DNA of 64,000 bases, taken from the NCBI GenBank assembly GCA_963724765.1, contig CAVRVY010000003.1, positions 352,001 through 416,000 of the forward strand, read 5' to 3'. Below the pieces are notes generated by a model. That model made no database searches and was not told where the DNA came from. It saw nothing but the letters and a program-made list of their open reading frames with translations. Both the position numbers and the translations under genes were made by a program. Below, in pieces: positions 1-10,031 of the stretch (position 1 is its first letter; every line of letters starts with the position of its first letter). The stretch comes from an uncultured delta proteobacterium. Lineage in GTDB: Bacteria > Desulfobacterota > Binatia > Binatales > Binataceae.

Positions 1-345
1 GAAAAACTCGTCGAGGTTCGATGCGGTGATGGCCAGGAACTTTACCCGCTCGAGCAACGGATTGGCGTCATCCAGCGCCTCGGCGAAAACGCGCCGGTTG
101 AACGCGAGCCAGGTAAGCTCGCGATTAAGGAACAGTTCGGGCGCCTTGAGATCGGCGTCAATACGTATCGCCGCCGGGACGCCGCCGTTGACACCGTGGA
201 CTTCCGCGGCTTGCCCGACTTCCACGGCGGATCCGTCACCATTGGCTACGTCGCCGGCCGCACGATCGATGGCCCCGGCCCGCGCCATCGGCGGTTCGGG
301 TGAGAGCGACTGGAGCGGCTGGACGGGCTCTGTTTGACTCGCCAT
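1..345 (-). CDS. ppk1: Polyphosphate kinase 1, N-terminal part (runs off the window edge)
   Basis: Not in the ORF track. Manual minus-strand translation from ATG at 345 gives ...[45 protein letters not shown], the PPK1 N-terminal signature. Confidence 0.95.
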   Translation of the reverse strand, partial: MASQTEPVQPLQSLSPEPPMARAGAIDRAAGDVANGDGSAVEVGQAAEVHGVNGGVPAAIRIDADLKAPELFLNRELTWLAFNRRVFAEALDDANPLLERVKFLAITASNLDEFF

Positions 346-579
346 AAGTGCAGTCTACGTCAATTCCACCCCGCTTCGGAATGAGGGTAGCCCGGACACG
401 GTGGAGGCTTCAACCGGGAACGGTTACGGCTCCTTTACGGTTGCTGGACTCAAATTTGCCCGGTAACGCTTAATTTTTCGGCAGGTTTTTCGGCAAGTCC
501 TCGCGGAAAACCCGCGCTCGACGTTAGACCTCTATAGGCCAGTCGCACTATAAATGTTCCGGCAAACGAGCTTGCTGCA

Positions 580-1935
580 ATGAGTTTTTTATCGTCCAAA
601 CTTGGCCTGCGTTTGACGGTTGCCCTCGTCATCGCCCTGCGCATGGCGATATCCGACGGCTTGGCCGCCGCCGCGGAAAGCGGCGGAGCGCCGGCCCCCA
701 CGATACCCGAGGGCACCGTGATAACCGGTGCGAACTGGCGGCGGTACGCGAGCTTCATGCCGGCAGGGATGCAGGCGATGTTCGCCGGCGATCATTTCTG
801 GCGGATGCCGTCTGACGTGCGGATCGAGATCGGGCCCACCATCCCGATCTCGCTGCCCCGTCGATATCTCGATGACACGGCCAGTTACGCGAAACAGGTA
901 ACGCTTACGCAGGCGGCGGAAGGCGGCTACGTCCCGGCCGGGTACGTCGCCGGCATTCCGTTCCCGCAGCCGGAGAAGGATCCGGTGCTGGCGCCTTACG
1001 AGATCTTTTACGACACCTACTACCATTACACACCGCGGCTGCAGCAAAACTTGTCCTGCAACTACATCGCTGATTCCTACGGAAACTTCACCCAGTCCGA
1101 GACCGCCGACTCGGTCTATTCGCAGCTCGCGCATCTGAGCGACGCGGGCTTTCCGCAGACCGTGCCGGATTCGATCGGATACTCACTGGTCAAGTATTAC
1201 CAGCAACTCTCGCCCGAGCAGGGAAAGTACACTACCAGCCTCGACATCAGCTATACCGATGTCACGCGGGTCGATGATATCTATATGTACCTGCCGTCGG
1301 CTCGCAGGCCGCTTCGCATGTCGGAGGCGTCACGCTGCGCGCCGCTTCCGGGCGGCGACTTCACCTTCGAGGAATCCAACAACGGACCGCCTTCGCTGCC
1401 GCAGGAATACAAAATCACTTACACCGGCAGCAGAAGGATGATGGTGCTGGCGCACGCGGATCCGAAAGTCTTCGAAAGCTGCGGCACGGCGATGAGCCCT
1501 CCACAGGATTACTTTTATTCCGGGGACAAGGGCGTACTGCCGTGGCCGCGGCCGGCGCTCGGCAGATGGGAAATGCGGGAGGTATACGTAATCGAGATGC
1601 GCAGGCTGCCGACCTATGCCAGTGGCTATTGCTACAGCCGGCGGATTATTTACGTGGACAAGGAGACGCTATTTCCGCTTGCGATCGACCTTTACGATCC
1701 AGCCGGCGCTCTGTACAAATTCTGGGGAGGCTTTCAAACTCCGCTTCGCGTGCCGGACACCGGAACGGCCCTGGGTGTAAACGGCGCCATCGAGTTACTG
1801 ATCGTAAATTTCAAAGACAAGCACATGACCATGTCCACGGCGGGGCACCCGTGCTTCAACACGGACTGCAATGCGCAGTACCTCGACGCCAGGCGTTACG
1901 CCAGTCCTGACGGGCTGAACAAGATCGCGCAATGA
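580..1935 (+). CDS. DUF1329 family exported protein
   Basis: Signal peptide; motifs ITGANWRRYASFMPAG, GIPFP, DDIYMYLPSARRPLR, YSRRIIYVDKET, YDPAGALYK. Confidence 0.8.
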   Translation: MSFLSSKLGLRLTVALVIALRMAISDGLAAAAESGGAPAPTIPEGTVITGANWRRYASFMPAGMQAMFAGDHFWRMPSDVRIEIGPTIPISLPRRYLDDTASYAKQVTLTQAAEGGYVPAGYVAGIPFPQPEKDPVLAPYEIFYDTYYHYTPRLQQNLSCNYIADSYGNFTQSETADSVYSQLAHLSDAGFPQTVPDSIGYSLVKYYQQLSPEQGKYTTSLDISYTDVTRVDDIYMYLPSARRPLRMSEASRCAPLPGGDFTFEESNNGPPSLPQEYKITYTGSRRMMVLAHADPKVFESCGTAMSPPQDYFYSGDKGVLPWPRPALGRWEMREVYVIEMRRLPTYASGYCYSRRIIYVDKETLFPLAIDLYDPAGALYKFWGGFQTPLRVPDTGTALGVNGAIELLIVNFKDKHMTMSTAGHPCFNTDCNAQYLDARRYASPDGLNKIAQ

Positions 1936-2022
1936 GCCCGCGCCGTTTGCGCGCGCAGACGCGGCTGTTGCAAGATGGCCTGACGGCGACCCCGAGGCCG
2001 GCGCCAAACCGAGGAGAAACCA

Positions 2023-3474
2023 GTGGGCATGAAGGTTGGATCCCCCAGCAGGGAGCGATTGATTTTGCTCCCGTTTATGTTTGCCGCAATTGTCGCAGTT
2101 ATCGCGCTCGGCGCCTCGCGCGCCGCGGCGCAGAACTACAAGAACTACACGCGCGCGACGGTCGATCAATGGATGAGCAAGTATGCCGATGCCAAGCCCG
2201 ACTTCAAGCCGGGAGACGTCCTGGGTAGCAAGGACCTTGAGCGGGTTCGCCCGTTCGTGCCGCCCGGATGGTTCGAGCAGCTCAACTTCCCGGAATTCAA
2301 GATGGAGATCATGGCGGCGCGCAGCCACATGCCGCGCAAGGACTTCCAGGAGTGCACCGAGAAATACCAGGCGCAGGTCACGCTCAACCCTGACGGATCA
2401 CTGGCGAACTACGTTTGCGGGCAGCCGTTTCCCAACGCCTCTCTGAGCACTTCGGATGCGCTCTCGGGAATCAAAGCGGCGTGGAATTTCGACTTTCGAT
2501 GGCAGAACTACGGCGAGTTCTCGCTCAACTATCTCTTCATCGTCGCGCACTTCGGCGGCAATCACGACGGCGAGGCACCCACACTGATCGAGTCGCCGCC
2601 CTCGAACTGGGTCGGGGGCGTCGAGTATCACAGCAAGCTGCCCACCGATGCGAGTAAGTTTTTCGGCGGCGGCGGCACCTTCGCCCGCACTTTGAGCAGC
2701 TTCTATCGGCGGGTTTATTTCAGCCATCTCGCCCAGCGTGCGGACAACCATGGACTGCTGGGCACGCCCGACTCGGCTCAATTTCTGTGGAAGGAATTCA
2801 GCGGCTTCTTCTCGCCCTACGACGTGCGCGGCCAGGTGTTCATCACCTACCGCTATGCCGACCCGCATCGCGCCGACGATGCCTGGGCTTACGATCCGCA
2901 GTCGCGCCGCGTCCGACGCGTCTCGGTCGAGGTCAAATCCGACTCGGTCGAAGGCACCGACACCACCGAGGAGGATTTTTACACTTTCTCGGGCCGCGAG
3001 CTGCACTGGCATTGGAAGTTCCTCGGCTGGAAGGACTTGCTGGCGGTGATGGACTCGCGCGACGATTACGCTCATCTGTTTGGCCCCAACGGAGAAATTC
3101 CCAACGACCGCTGGTCGGTGCGGCGCTTCACGGTGGTCGAACGTACTCCGGTCGAGACTCATCATCCCTACAGCAGCGTCGTGATGTTCTGGGACGCCGA
3201 GAACTGGCACCCGTGGATGGCGCTGGCGTTCAACCGCGAAGGCAAACTATGGAAGCTGTGGGAGCTCGAAAACCGCTGGACCGAGGATTTCCGAAATTTC
3301 GCCGAGATTAACCATGGGGTGGAGTCGACCATGCTGGTCGGAGAGGATGTCGTCGACCTGCAAAACGATCGTGCGACGATATTCGCCGGCTACGGCAGCG
3401 GCTATCCCAATGCGGTGCCGGCCAACGTTACTCAGCTCTTCGACATCAGTAAATTGGAGGAGATGCATCGCTGA
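2023..3474 (+). CDS. DUF1329 family exported protein (second paralog)
   Basis: GAGGAG RBS at 2011; signal peptide; GQPFP, GIKAAWN, DDAWAYDPQSRRVRR, HPYS, FNREGKLWK. Confidence 0.8.
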   Translation: MGMKVGSPSRERLILLPFMFAAIVAVIALGASRAAAQNYKNYTRATVDQWMSKYADAKPDFKPGDVLGSKDLERVRPFVPPGWFEQLNFPEFKMEIMAARSHMPRKDFQECTEKYQAQVTLNPDGSLANYVCGQPFPNASLSTSDALSGIKAAWNFDFRWQNYGEFSLNYLFIVAHFGGNHDGEAPTLIESPPSNWVGGVEYHSKLPTDASKFFGGGGTFARTLSSFYRRVYFSHLAQRADNHGLLGTPDSAQFLWKEFSGFFSPYDVRGQVFITYRYADPHRADDAWAYDPQSRRVRRVSVEVKSDSVEGTDTTEEDFYTFSGRELHWHWKFLGWKDLLAVMDSRDDYAHLFGPNGEIPNDRWSVRRFTVVERTPVETHHPYSSVVMFWDAENWHPWMALAFNREGKLWKLWELENRWTEDFRNFAEINHGVESTMLVGEDVVDLQNDRATIFAGYGSGYPNAVPANVTQLFDISKLEEMHR

Positions 3475-3516
3475 CGTCCGCGTGCCGCCGCCGCGGACCC
3501 CGAAGACCGCCGCCGG

Positions 3517-4314
3517 CTACGGCTTGGCGGCGGCTTTGCGCCGGCGGTACTTCTCCACCATGTAGGCGCCGGCCGCTACCGCCCCGCCGTCAATCACCAG
3601 TACCGCGCCTGAAATGTACGACGACTCGGGCGAGGCCAGGAACGCCGCCGCGTGCGCGACTTCCTCGACTCGCCCGAAGCGATTGATAGGGCTGTGATTG
3701 GCACGTTCCTCGTAAGCCTCCTTCGACCACGCCGCACGCACCATCTCGGTGTCAATCGGCCCCGGGGCAATCGCGTTGGCGGTGATCCCATAATCCGCGA
3801 GCTCAAACGCCATCGCACGAGTCAGTGCGATGATGCCGGATTTGGCCACGCCATAGGGCGCGAGATCCAGCGGCCCCATCAGGCCCGCCACCGACGCCAT
3901 CGAAACGATCCGGCCATACTTGCGCCGCACCATCTCGCGCGCCGCCGCTTGCGAGCAATAGAACGCACCCGACAGATGCACTCGCAAGTGGTTCTCCCAG
4001 TTCTCGGGGCTGACTTCCAGGAAGGGTTCGCTCTTCGCCACGCCGGCGTTGTTCACCATGATGTCAACTCGGCCGAGCGCGCGCGCCGCGTCGGCGACCC
4101 ATCGCTGCGCCTGGAGGCAATCGCTAATATCGACCTCGCGGAAAAAGGTTCGGCGGCCGAGCGCCGCGATTTCCTCCGCCGTAGTACGCGCCGACTCCGC
4201 GTCGATTTCGGCAAAAGCGATGTCCGCACCCTCGCGTGCGAAGGCGAGCGCGATAGCTTTGCCGATTCCCCGTCCGGCGCCGGTAATCAACGCCACCTGG
4301 TCTTTGAATCGCAT
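3517..4314 (-). CDS. SDR family oxidoreductase (FabG-like)
   Basis: TGAGRGIG, NNAG, YGVAK; GGAGG RBS before ATG 4314. Confidence 0.92.
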   Translation of the reverse strand: MRFKDQVALITGAGRGIGKAIALAFAREGADIAFAEIDAESARTTAEEIAALGRRTFFREVDISDCLQAQRWVADAARALGRVDIMVNNAGVAKSEPFLEVSPENWENHLRVHLSGAFYCSQAAAREMVRRKYGRIVSMASVAGLMGPLDLAPYGVAKSGIIALTRAMAFELADYGITANAIAPGPIDTEMVRAAWSKEAYEERANHSPINRFGRVEEVAHAAAFLASPESSYISGAVLVIDGGAVAAGAYMVEKYRRRKAAAKP

Positions 4315-4405
4315 CGAGGCACCTCCATCTAGATGATGCGGCAATCGTCAGGCGGATCGCCTCCGCAGCGCGGCGGCCGCTCGCCCGCGCGCGGATTCCC
4401 GGACC

Positions 4406-5398
4406 TTAACTGGCGAGCCGGGCGCGATCGTGCGGCGCGGCAAAGTCGATCGCCGGGCCCTTGGGCACGATACGCGTTGGATTGATCATCGCGTGGCTCG
4501 CGTAATAGTGACGCTTGATATGCGCCAGGTTGACCGTCTGGGCGACGCCGGGCGTCTGGTAGAGGTCGCGCGCGTAACCCCACAGATTCGGGTAGTCAAT
4601 GATGCGGCGCAAGTTGCATTTGAAGTGGCTATAGTAAACCGCGTCGAAACGTACCAGCGTGGTGAACAGCCGCCAGTCAGCCTCCGTCGGGCGGGCGCCA
4701 AGGAGATAGCGCTGACGCGCCAGGCGCTGTTCGAGCCGGTCCAGCGTCGCGAACAGCGGGTCGAAGGCCGCCTCGTAGGCCTCCTGCGTTTTGGCGAAGC
4801 CGCACTTGTAGACGCCGTTGTTGACGGTGTCGTAGATGACCGCGTTGAGTTCGTCGATCTCCGCGCGCTCAGCCTGCGGATAGAGGTCGCCGCCCGCCGC
4901 GCCCAACGCGTTGAACGCTGAATTGAGCATCCGGATTATCTCGGACGATTCGTTGTTGACGACGGTCGTGGTCTCGCGGTCCCACAACACCGGGACCGTG
5001 ACGCGCCCGGTATAGTCGCGCCGGGCCAGCGTGTAAATCTCGTGCAGGTAGCGTGCGCCGTTGAGATCGTCGCGCGTTGCGCCGGGTGTGAGCGAACCGT
5101 CCGGTGCGCTGAAGGCCCATCCGTCATCGCCCATGAACGGATCTACCACCGACACCGTGATAGCGTCGTCGAGTCTCTTCAACCTGCGCACGATAAGCGT
5201 ACGATGAGCCCACGGGCAGGCGAGCGATACGTACAAGTGATAGCGCCCGCGTTCCGCCTTGAAGCCGCCCTCGCCGCTCGGCCCGGGGCGGCCGTCGGCC
5301 GTCACCCAGCTTCTGAAGACTGTTTGCGGACGGACGAAATTGGCTCCCGCCGAGCGAAGGTCATCGCGTTGCCACTGGCCATCGACCATCGTTCCCAT
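4406..5398 (-). CDS. yqjG: Glutathionyl-hydroquinone reductase (Xi-class GST, YqjG/ECM4)
   Basis: YHLYVSLACPWAHR, GRVTVPVLWD, NNESSEIIRM, NNGVYKCGFA, HIKRHYY. Confidence 0.92.
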   Translation of the reverse strand: MGTMVDGQWQRDDLRSAGANFVRPQTVFRSWVTADGRPGPSGEGGFKAERGRYHLYVSLACPWAHRTLIVRRLKRLDDAITVSVVDPFMGDDGWAFSAPDGSLTPGATRDDLNGARYLHEIYTLARRDYTGRVTVPVLWDRETTTVVNNESSEIIRMLNSAFNALGAAGGDLYPQAERAEIDELNAVIYDTVNNGVYKCGFAKTQEAYEAAFDPLFATLDRLEQRLARQRYLLGARPTEADWRLFTTLVRFDAVYYSHFKCNLRRIIDYPNLWGYARDLYQTPGVAQTVNLAHIKRHYYASHAMINPTRIVPKGPAIDFAAPHDRARLAS

Positions 5399-5460
5399 AG
5401 CAGACTCCTTGCGTGTCCATCGCGGACTCCTTGCATACGGCTGAGCAATGCTCCGATGAT

Positions 5461-6339
5461 ATGCTGGTGGGGCAAAATCTCACAAACGCAAGTCTCAAGG
5501 ACCTCCAGGCGTTGCTCTACCGGCTTATCACCGCGCCCGAGGGCGTAACCGCGGGCCTCGCCGCCGAGCGCGCGCGTGTGCCGGCGGTGCTCGACGATTT
5601 GGACCATCTGATTGAAAGCGACGATCGTCTCTCGGCGGCCGAGCGGCTTGAGATTTACGCCAACGCCTATTTCTACCGCATCCTGGACTGTTTGAAGGAG
5701 GATTTTCCGGCGACGCTCGTCACGCTCGGCGCCGACAACTTCCACAACCTGATCACCGGCTATCTAATCGAGTATCCACCGACCGAACCTTCAATCTCCT
5801 GTGCCGGCCGCTACCTGGCCGAGTTCCTGCGCCGCCGTCCAATGCGGGGGATGATCGAACGATGGCCATTCATCGCCGACTTGGCGCGGCTGGAGCGGAC
5901 ACTGATCGAAGTCTTTCAGGCTGCGGAGGCCGAACCCCTGAGCGCCGAGACGATGCGTTCGGTCGCGCTTGATGATTGGCCGGCGCTCGCGATGCGAACG
6001 CATCCGGCGCTCGCGATCGTCGATTGCGAATGGCGCGTGGACGAGCTACTGCGCGAAGTCGAAGCCGCCGCCGAAACTGATAGGCCCCGTGGCGCGCCCA
6101 CACATGCGCCGGTCAGCGTGCTGGTGTGGCGGCATGACTCGCGTGTCCATTACCGCGCACTGGAGCGCCCGGAGCGCGCGGCGCTCGAAGTCGCGAGCGT
6201 GGGGGCAAGTTTCGCGGCGATCTGTGAGGCGGTTGGCGCTGCATTCGGCAAGAACGATCCGCTTGCCCCGGTTGCGCTTATCAACCGGATGCTTGAACGA
6301 TGGATCGTCGACGGCCTGCTCGTCGTGGCGGACAAGTGA
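5461..6339 (+). CDS. DUF2063 / HvfC-like putative DNA- or peptide-binding protein
   Basis: RLEIYANAYFYRILDCLKEDFPA, ADLARLE, VLVWR. Confidence 0.75.
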   Translation: MLVGQNLTNASLKDLQALLYRLITAPEGVTAGLAAERARVPAVLDDLDHLIESDDRLSAAERLEIYANAYFYRILDCLKEDFPATLVTLGADNFHNLITGYLIEYPPTEPSISCAGRYLAEFLRRRPMRGMIERWPFIADLARLERTLIEVFQAAEAEPLSAETMRSVALDDWPALAMRTHPALAIVDCEWRVDELLREVEAAAETDRPRGAPTHAPVSVLVWRHDSRVHYRALERPERAALEVASVGASFAAICEAVGAAFGKNDPLAPVALINRMLERWIVDGLLVVADK

Positions 6340-6397
6340 CCCGGCTGACTTTACCTGCGGCGAGCGCGGCTTCGGTACGAGCGTTTAGGAGCGCCGT

Positions 6398-6601
6398 CTA
6401 AGACGGCTCGCCCCGCAACTGCGGGTTCTCCAAGAGTTTGTAGCTGACGAGGTCGGTCGGCGTACCTTCCTCGAGATTACGTAGCCGGAAGTATGGCCCG
6501 TCCATCCCTCCGGCCGACCTCACGCTGACCACCTCGTGAAGCCTGCCGCGAAAGATCACACGGCTACCCGGCAGCATCCTTATCGCTGTATGCTTCTCCA
6601 T
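6398..6601 (-). CDS. Small hypothetical protein, probable SH3/KOW-like beta barrel
   Basis: GGAGGA RBS before ATG 6601; 67 aa of alternating beta-strand pattern. Confidence 0.6.
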   Translation of the reverse strand: MEKHTAIRMLPGSRVIFRGRLHEVVSVRSAGGMDGPYFRLRNLEEGTPTDLVSYKLLENPQLRGEPS

Positions 6602-6808
6602 CGTGGCTACTCCTCCCGCCCCCTTTGAGCTCACCACCACCCGGCCTGCTTAGCTGATAGTTCAGCAAATATTTGACCGGAACTCACATGTCAAGGTTCG
6701 CGATCCTGTAGTGAGCATCATGCACGCGGTCTTCGTTCTTGCGCGGTACTCTTGACATGGCGGCGGCTCTGTTGGTCCAACCATTTCAACGAGGAGAGTT
6801 TGAGCGAT

Positions 6809-8440
6809 ATGGCAATTGTCAGAGGCGAGCAGATAATCGCGCGCTGCTTTAGAAACGAAAAGGTCGATACGATCTTTTTCATGATGGGCGGTCCGACCAG
6901 CGGCACCGCGGGCGCCTGTCTCGATCTTGGGATGAAGGGCATCTATGTGCGCCACGAGCAGGCGGCGGCGATGATGGCGCACGCGTACGCGCGCGTCACC
7001 GGCAAGCCGGGCGTGTGCATCACGCCGTCGGGCCCCGGCACGGCCAACGCGCTCACGGGACTCGCCAACGCGTGGGCCGACGCCACCCCGATAATCGCGA
7101 TCGGCGGTTCGGCGCCGATGCGCGCGACGACGCTCGACGCCTTCCAGGAGATGGACCAGGTGGCGATCATGAAGCCGGTAGTGAAGGCAGCCTACCGGGT
7201 CGACATGGCGAGCCGCATCCCGGAGTACATCAGCGTCGCGTTTCGTGAGGCGCTCGACGCCAAGAAGGGCCCGGTCTACCTCGACCTGCCCGGCGACATT
7301 CTCAATCACAAGGTCGACGACGAAAAAATCCTGTTCCCCGTCAACTACCGCGTCGAGAGCCGGCCGGCCGGCGACCCGGTGCAGGTGGAACGCGCGATTG
7401 AGTTGCTCGCCGCGGCCGAGCGCCCGATCGTCGTCACCGGCAGCGGCGTGTTGTGGTCGGGGGCGTCCGCCGAACTGCGCGACTTCATCGACAGCACCGG
7501 ACTGCCGTTTTACACCACGCCGCAGGGCCGCGGAGTGATTCCCGAAGACCATCCGCGCTCGTTTCCGGGCGCGCGCTCGATGGCGTTTCGCGAGGCCGAC
7601 GTGGTGCTGGTGGTGGGTGCGCGGGCGAACTCGATGCTCTCGTTTCTGCGCGCGCCGCGGTTCTCGCCCGACGCCCGCTTCATCAGCGTCAACCTCGACG
7701 GCCGCGAGATCGGCCACAACCGCGGTGTCGAGGTAGGAATCATCGGCGACGCTAGGCTGGTGCTGCGCCAGTTGACCGAGGAGGCGGACGGCCGCTTTGA
7801 GGCGCATCGCGAGAGCGCGTGGGTCGCCCAACTCAGCGCCAAGCATCGCTCCAACCAGGAGCGTTCGACGCCGCTGCTCCATTCCGACGCCGTGCCGATC
7901 CATCCGCTGCGCCTGTGCCGCGAGGTTCGTGATCTGATCTCGCGTGACACGATCCTCATCGTCGACGGCCACGAGATTTTGAACTTTGCGCGCCAGTCGA
8001 TTCCGATCTACCAGGCCGGATGCAGCCTCAACGCGGGGCCGCACGGATGCATGGGCGTCGGCGTGCCGTTCGGAATCGGGGCCAAGGTCGCGCGGCCCGA
8101 AGCGCCGGTCCTGGTGCTCTCGGGCGACGGCGCATTTGGATGGAACGGGATGGAGATGGACACGGCGATTCGCCATCAGCTGCCGATCGTGGTGGTGATG
8201 TCGAACAACGCCGGCTTCACCTCGCGCAAGACCGGCGGCACGGTGGGCCGTGAACTCGGATGGCAGCGCTACGACAAGATGGTCGAGGCGCTGGGCGGAT
8301 ACGGCGAGTTCGTCGAGAAGCCCGACGACATCCGCGGCGCAATCGAACGCGCGTTCAAAAGCGGCAAGCCCGCGCTTGTCAACGTCTGCACCGACCCCGA
8401 GGCTCAAGCGACCACGGACATGGGGTTTGCGGGCTACTGA
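6809..8440 (+). CDS. Thiamine-diphosphate-dependent enzyme (2-hydroxyacyl-CoA lyase / oxalyl-CoA decarboxylase-like)
   Basis: RHEQAA, GPGTAN, AFQE, GPVYLDLPGD, MGVGVPFGIGA, GDGAFG...NN ThDP motif. Confidence 0.88.
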   Translation: MAIVRGEQIIARCFRNEKVDTIFFMMGGPTSGTAGACLDLGMKGIYVRHEQAAAMMAHAYARVTGKPGVCITPSGPGTANALTGLANAWADATPIIAIGGSAPMRATTLDAFQEMDQVAIMKPVVKAAYRVDMASRIPEYISVAFREALDAKKGPVYLDLPGDILNHKVDDEKILFPVNYRVESRPAGDPVQVERAIELLAAAERPIVVTGSGVLWSGASAELRDFIDSTGLPFYTTPQGRGVIPEDHPRSFPGARSMAFREADVVLVVGARANSMLSFLRAPRFSPDARFISVNLDGREIGHNRGVEVGIIGDARLVLRQLTEEADGRFEAHRESAWVAQLSAKHRSNQERSTPLLHSDAVPIHPLRLCREVRDLISRDTILIVDGHEILNFARQSIPIYQAGCSLNAGPHGCMGVGVPFGIGAKVARPEAPVLVLSGDGAFGWNGMEMDTAIRHQLPIVVVMSNNAGFTSRKTGGTVGRELGWQRYDKMVEALGGYGEFVEKPDDIRGAIERAFKSGKPALVNVCTDPEAQATTDMGFAGY

Positions 8441-8458
8441 AGGGCTGAAGGTGGATTA

Positions 8459-8650
8459 ATGACGAAGCCTTTCGAATACCGGGTCGTGGTCGAGCGGAGT
8501 CCCGACGACGAAGCCTTTGTCGCTCGCGTACGTGCGCTGCCAGGATGCGCTGCTTACGGCAGCACGCCGGAGCACGCCACGCGCGAGGCGATTATCGCGG
8601 CCCGTGCGATTCTCGACTCAATGCGAGCCCACGGTACGGCTAGAACTTAG
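8459..8650 (+). CDS. hicB: HicB-like antitoxin domain protein
   Basis: YRVVVERSPDDEAFVARVRALPGCAAYGSTPEHA fits the HicB N-terminal pattern. Confidence 0.75.
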   Translation: MTKPFEYRVVVERSPDDEAFVARVRALPGCAAYGSTPEHATREAIIAARAILDSMRAHGTART

Positions 8651-8668
8651 AGCGTCAGTCGTGCGGAC

Positions 8669-9559
8669 TCATCGGCCGCCGGTGCGGCGGGCCACCTCAA
8701 GCACGCGGCGCGCGCGCGTCAGATGCGGCACGTCGACCATCTCGCCGCGAAACGTGAACGCCATCCGCCCGGCCTTGCTGTTCTCCTCGAACGCCGCGAG
8801 GAGTTCCTCGGCGTCGGCAACCTCCTGCTTGCTGGGCGAGAAAACCTCGTTGACGATTTCGATCTGGCTTGGATGGATCGTGATCTTGCCAGTGAAGCCC
8901 ATCCAGGCGCCCTCGATACAATCGCGGCGGCATCCGTCGGGATCCTTGATGTTGACAAACACGGTATCGATCGGCTGCACCGCGGCCGCGGTGGCGGCGA
9001 GCAGCGTCATGATCCGCGCGTAGCGGAAAACTTCAAGGAACTCGCCGCGCTCGTCGCGATTGCGCCGCGCGCCGATCGCCGCCGAAAGGTCCTCGGCGCC
9101 CCACGACATGCTGTCGACGCGCGGATGCAGGCCGAGATCCTTGATGTTGAGCAGGGCTTGCGGCGTTTCGGTCGCGAGCAGTAGCAGCTTGACGCTCCGC
9201 TCGGGGTAGCGGTACTGCTTCTCGAGTCCGCTCAAGATCGAATCGATCTTTTCCACGTCAGCGAAGGTCCGCACCTTCGGCACCATGTAGGAATCCGGCC
9301 GCCCCGCCATCGTGGCCTCGAGGTCGGCGACTCCCCATGGCGTGTCCAGCGGATTCATCCGCACCATCCGCTCGCGGCCCTTGAAGTCCACCTTTTGCAG
9401 CCACTCGGTGACCGTCTTGCGCGCGGAGGCCTTGTTGTCAGGCGTAACTGAGTCCTCGAGGTCGAGCACCAGCGCGTCGGCCGGCAGATCGATCGACTTG
9501 GCCAGCATCTTGTCGTTGGCGCCGGGCACGAAATGCACGGCGCGGCGCAGCGTCTCCAT
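8669..9559 (-). CDS. CitE-family CoA ester lyase
   Basis: HFVPG, LDLEDSV, VRMNPL, MVPKV, ETP, WGAEDLSA, GFTGKITIHPSQI, GEMVDVPH. Confidence 0.9.
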   Translation of the reverse strand: METLRRAVHFVPGANDKMLAKSIDLPADALVLDLEDSVTPDNKASARKTVTEWLQKVDFKGRERMVRMNPLDTPWGVADLEATMAGRPDSYMVPKVRTFADVEKIDSILSGLEKQYRYPERSVKLLLLATETPQALLNIKDLGLHPRVDSMSWGAEDLSAAIGARRNRDERGEFLEVFRYARIMTLLAATAAAVQPIDTVFVNIKDPDGCRRDCIEGAWMGFTGKITIHPSQIEIVNEVFSPSKQEVADAEELLAAFEENSKAGRMAFTFRGEMVDVPHLTRARRVLEVARRTGGR

Positions 9560-9578
9560 GATCGACAACTCCAATTGG

Positions 9579-10031
9579 CTACTTGTTGGGCTTGCGCAGC
9601 ATCATCGCCGCCCGCTTGCAGCGCATCACGGTCTCATTGCGCTGGTTGCGCGCGCGATGCTCGAGGATCACGATGCCCCAGTTGGGATGCGATTTTGACG
9701 GCCGCACCTCCAGCACTTCGCTTTCGGCATAGAGCGTGTCGCCGATGAACACCGGCTTGGGAAATTCCACTTTCTCGAAACCCAGGTTGCCGACCGTGGT
9801 GCCGAGCGTGAGATCGCCGACCGAAAGCCCGACCGTCAGGCCCAGGGTGAAGATCGAGTTGACCAGGACCTGGCCGAACTCGGCCTTTTTGCCGAACTCG
9901 GCGTCGAGATGCAACGGCTGCACGTTCATCGTGAGCGTCGTGATCAGCAGGTTGTCGGTCTCGGTGACCGTGCGGCCGGGCTGATGCTGAAATGTCTCAC
10001 CGACGTTGAACTCTTCGAAATACTTGCCCAT
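9579..10031 (-). CDS. MaoC-family (R)-specific enoyl-CoA hydratase
   Basis: [31 protein letters not shown]. Confidence 0.9.
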   Translation of the reverse strand: MGKYFEEFNVGETFQHQPGRTVTETDNLLITTLTMNVQPLHLDAEFGKKAEFGQVLVNSIFTLGLTVGLSVGDLTLGTTVGNLGFEKVEFPKPVFIGDTLYAESEVLEVRPSKSHPNWGIVILEHRARNQRNETVMRCKRAAMMLRKPNK

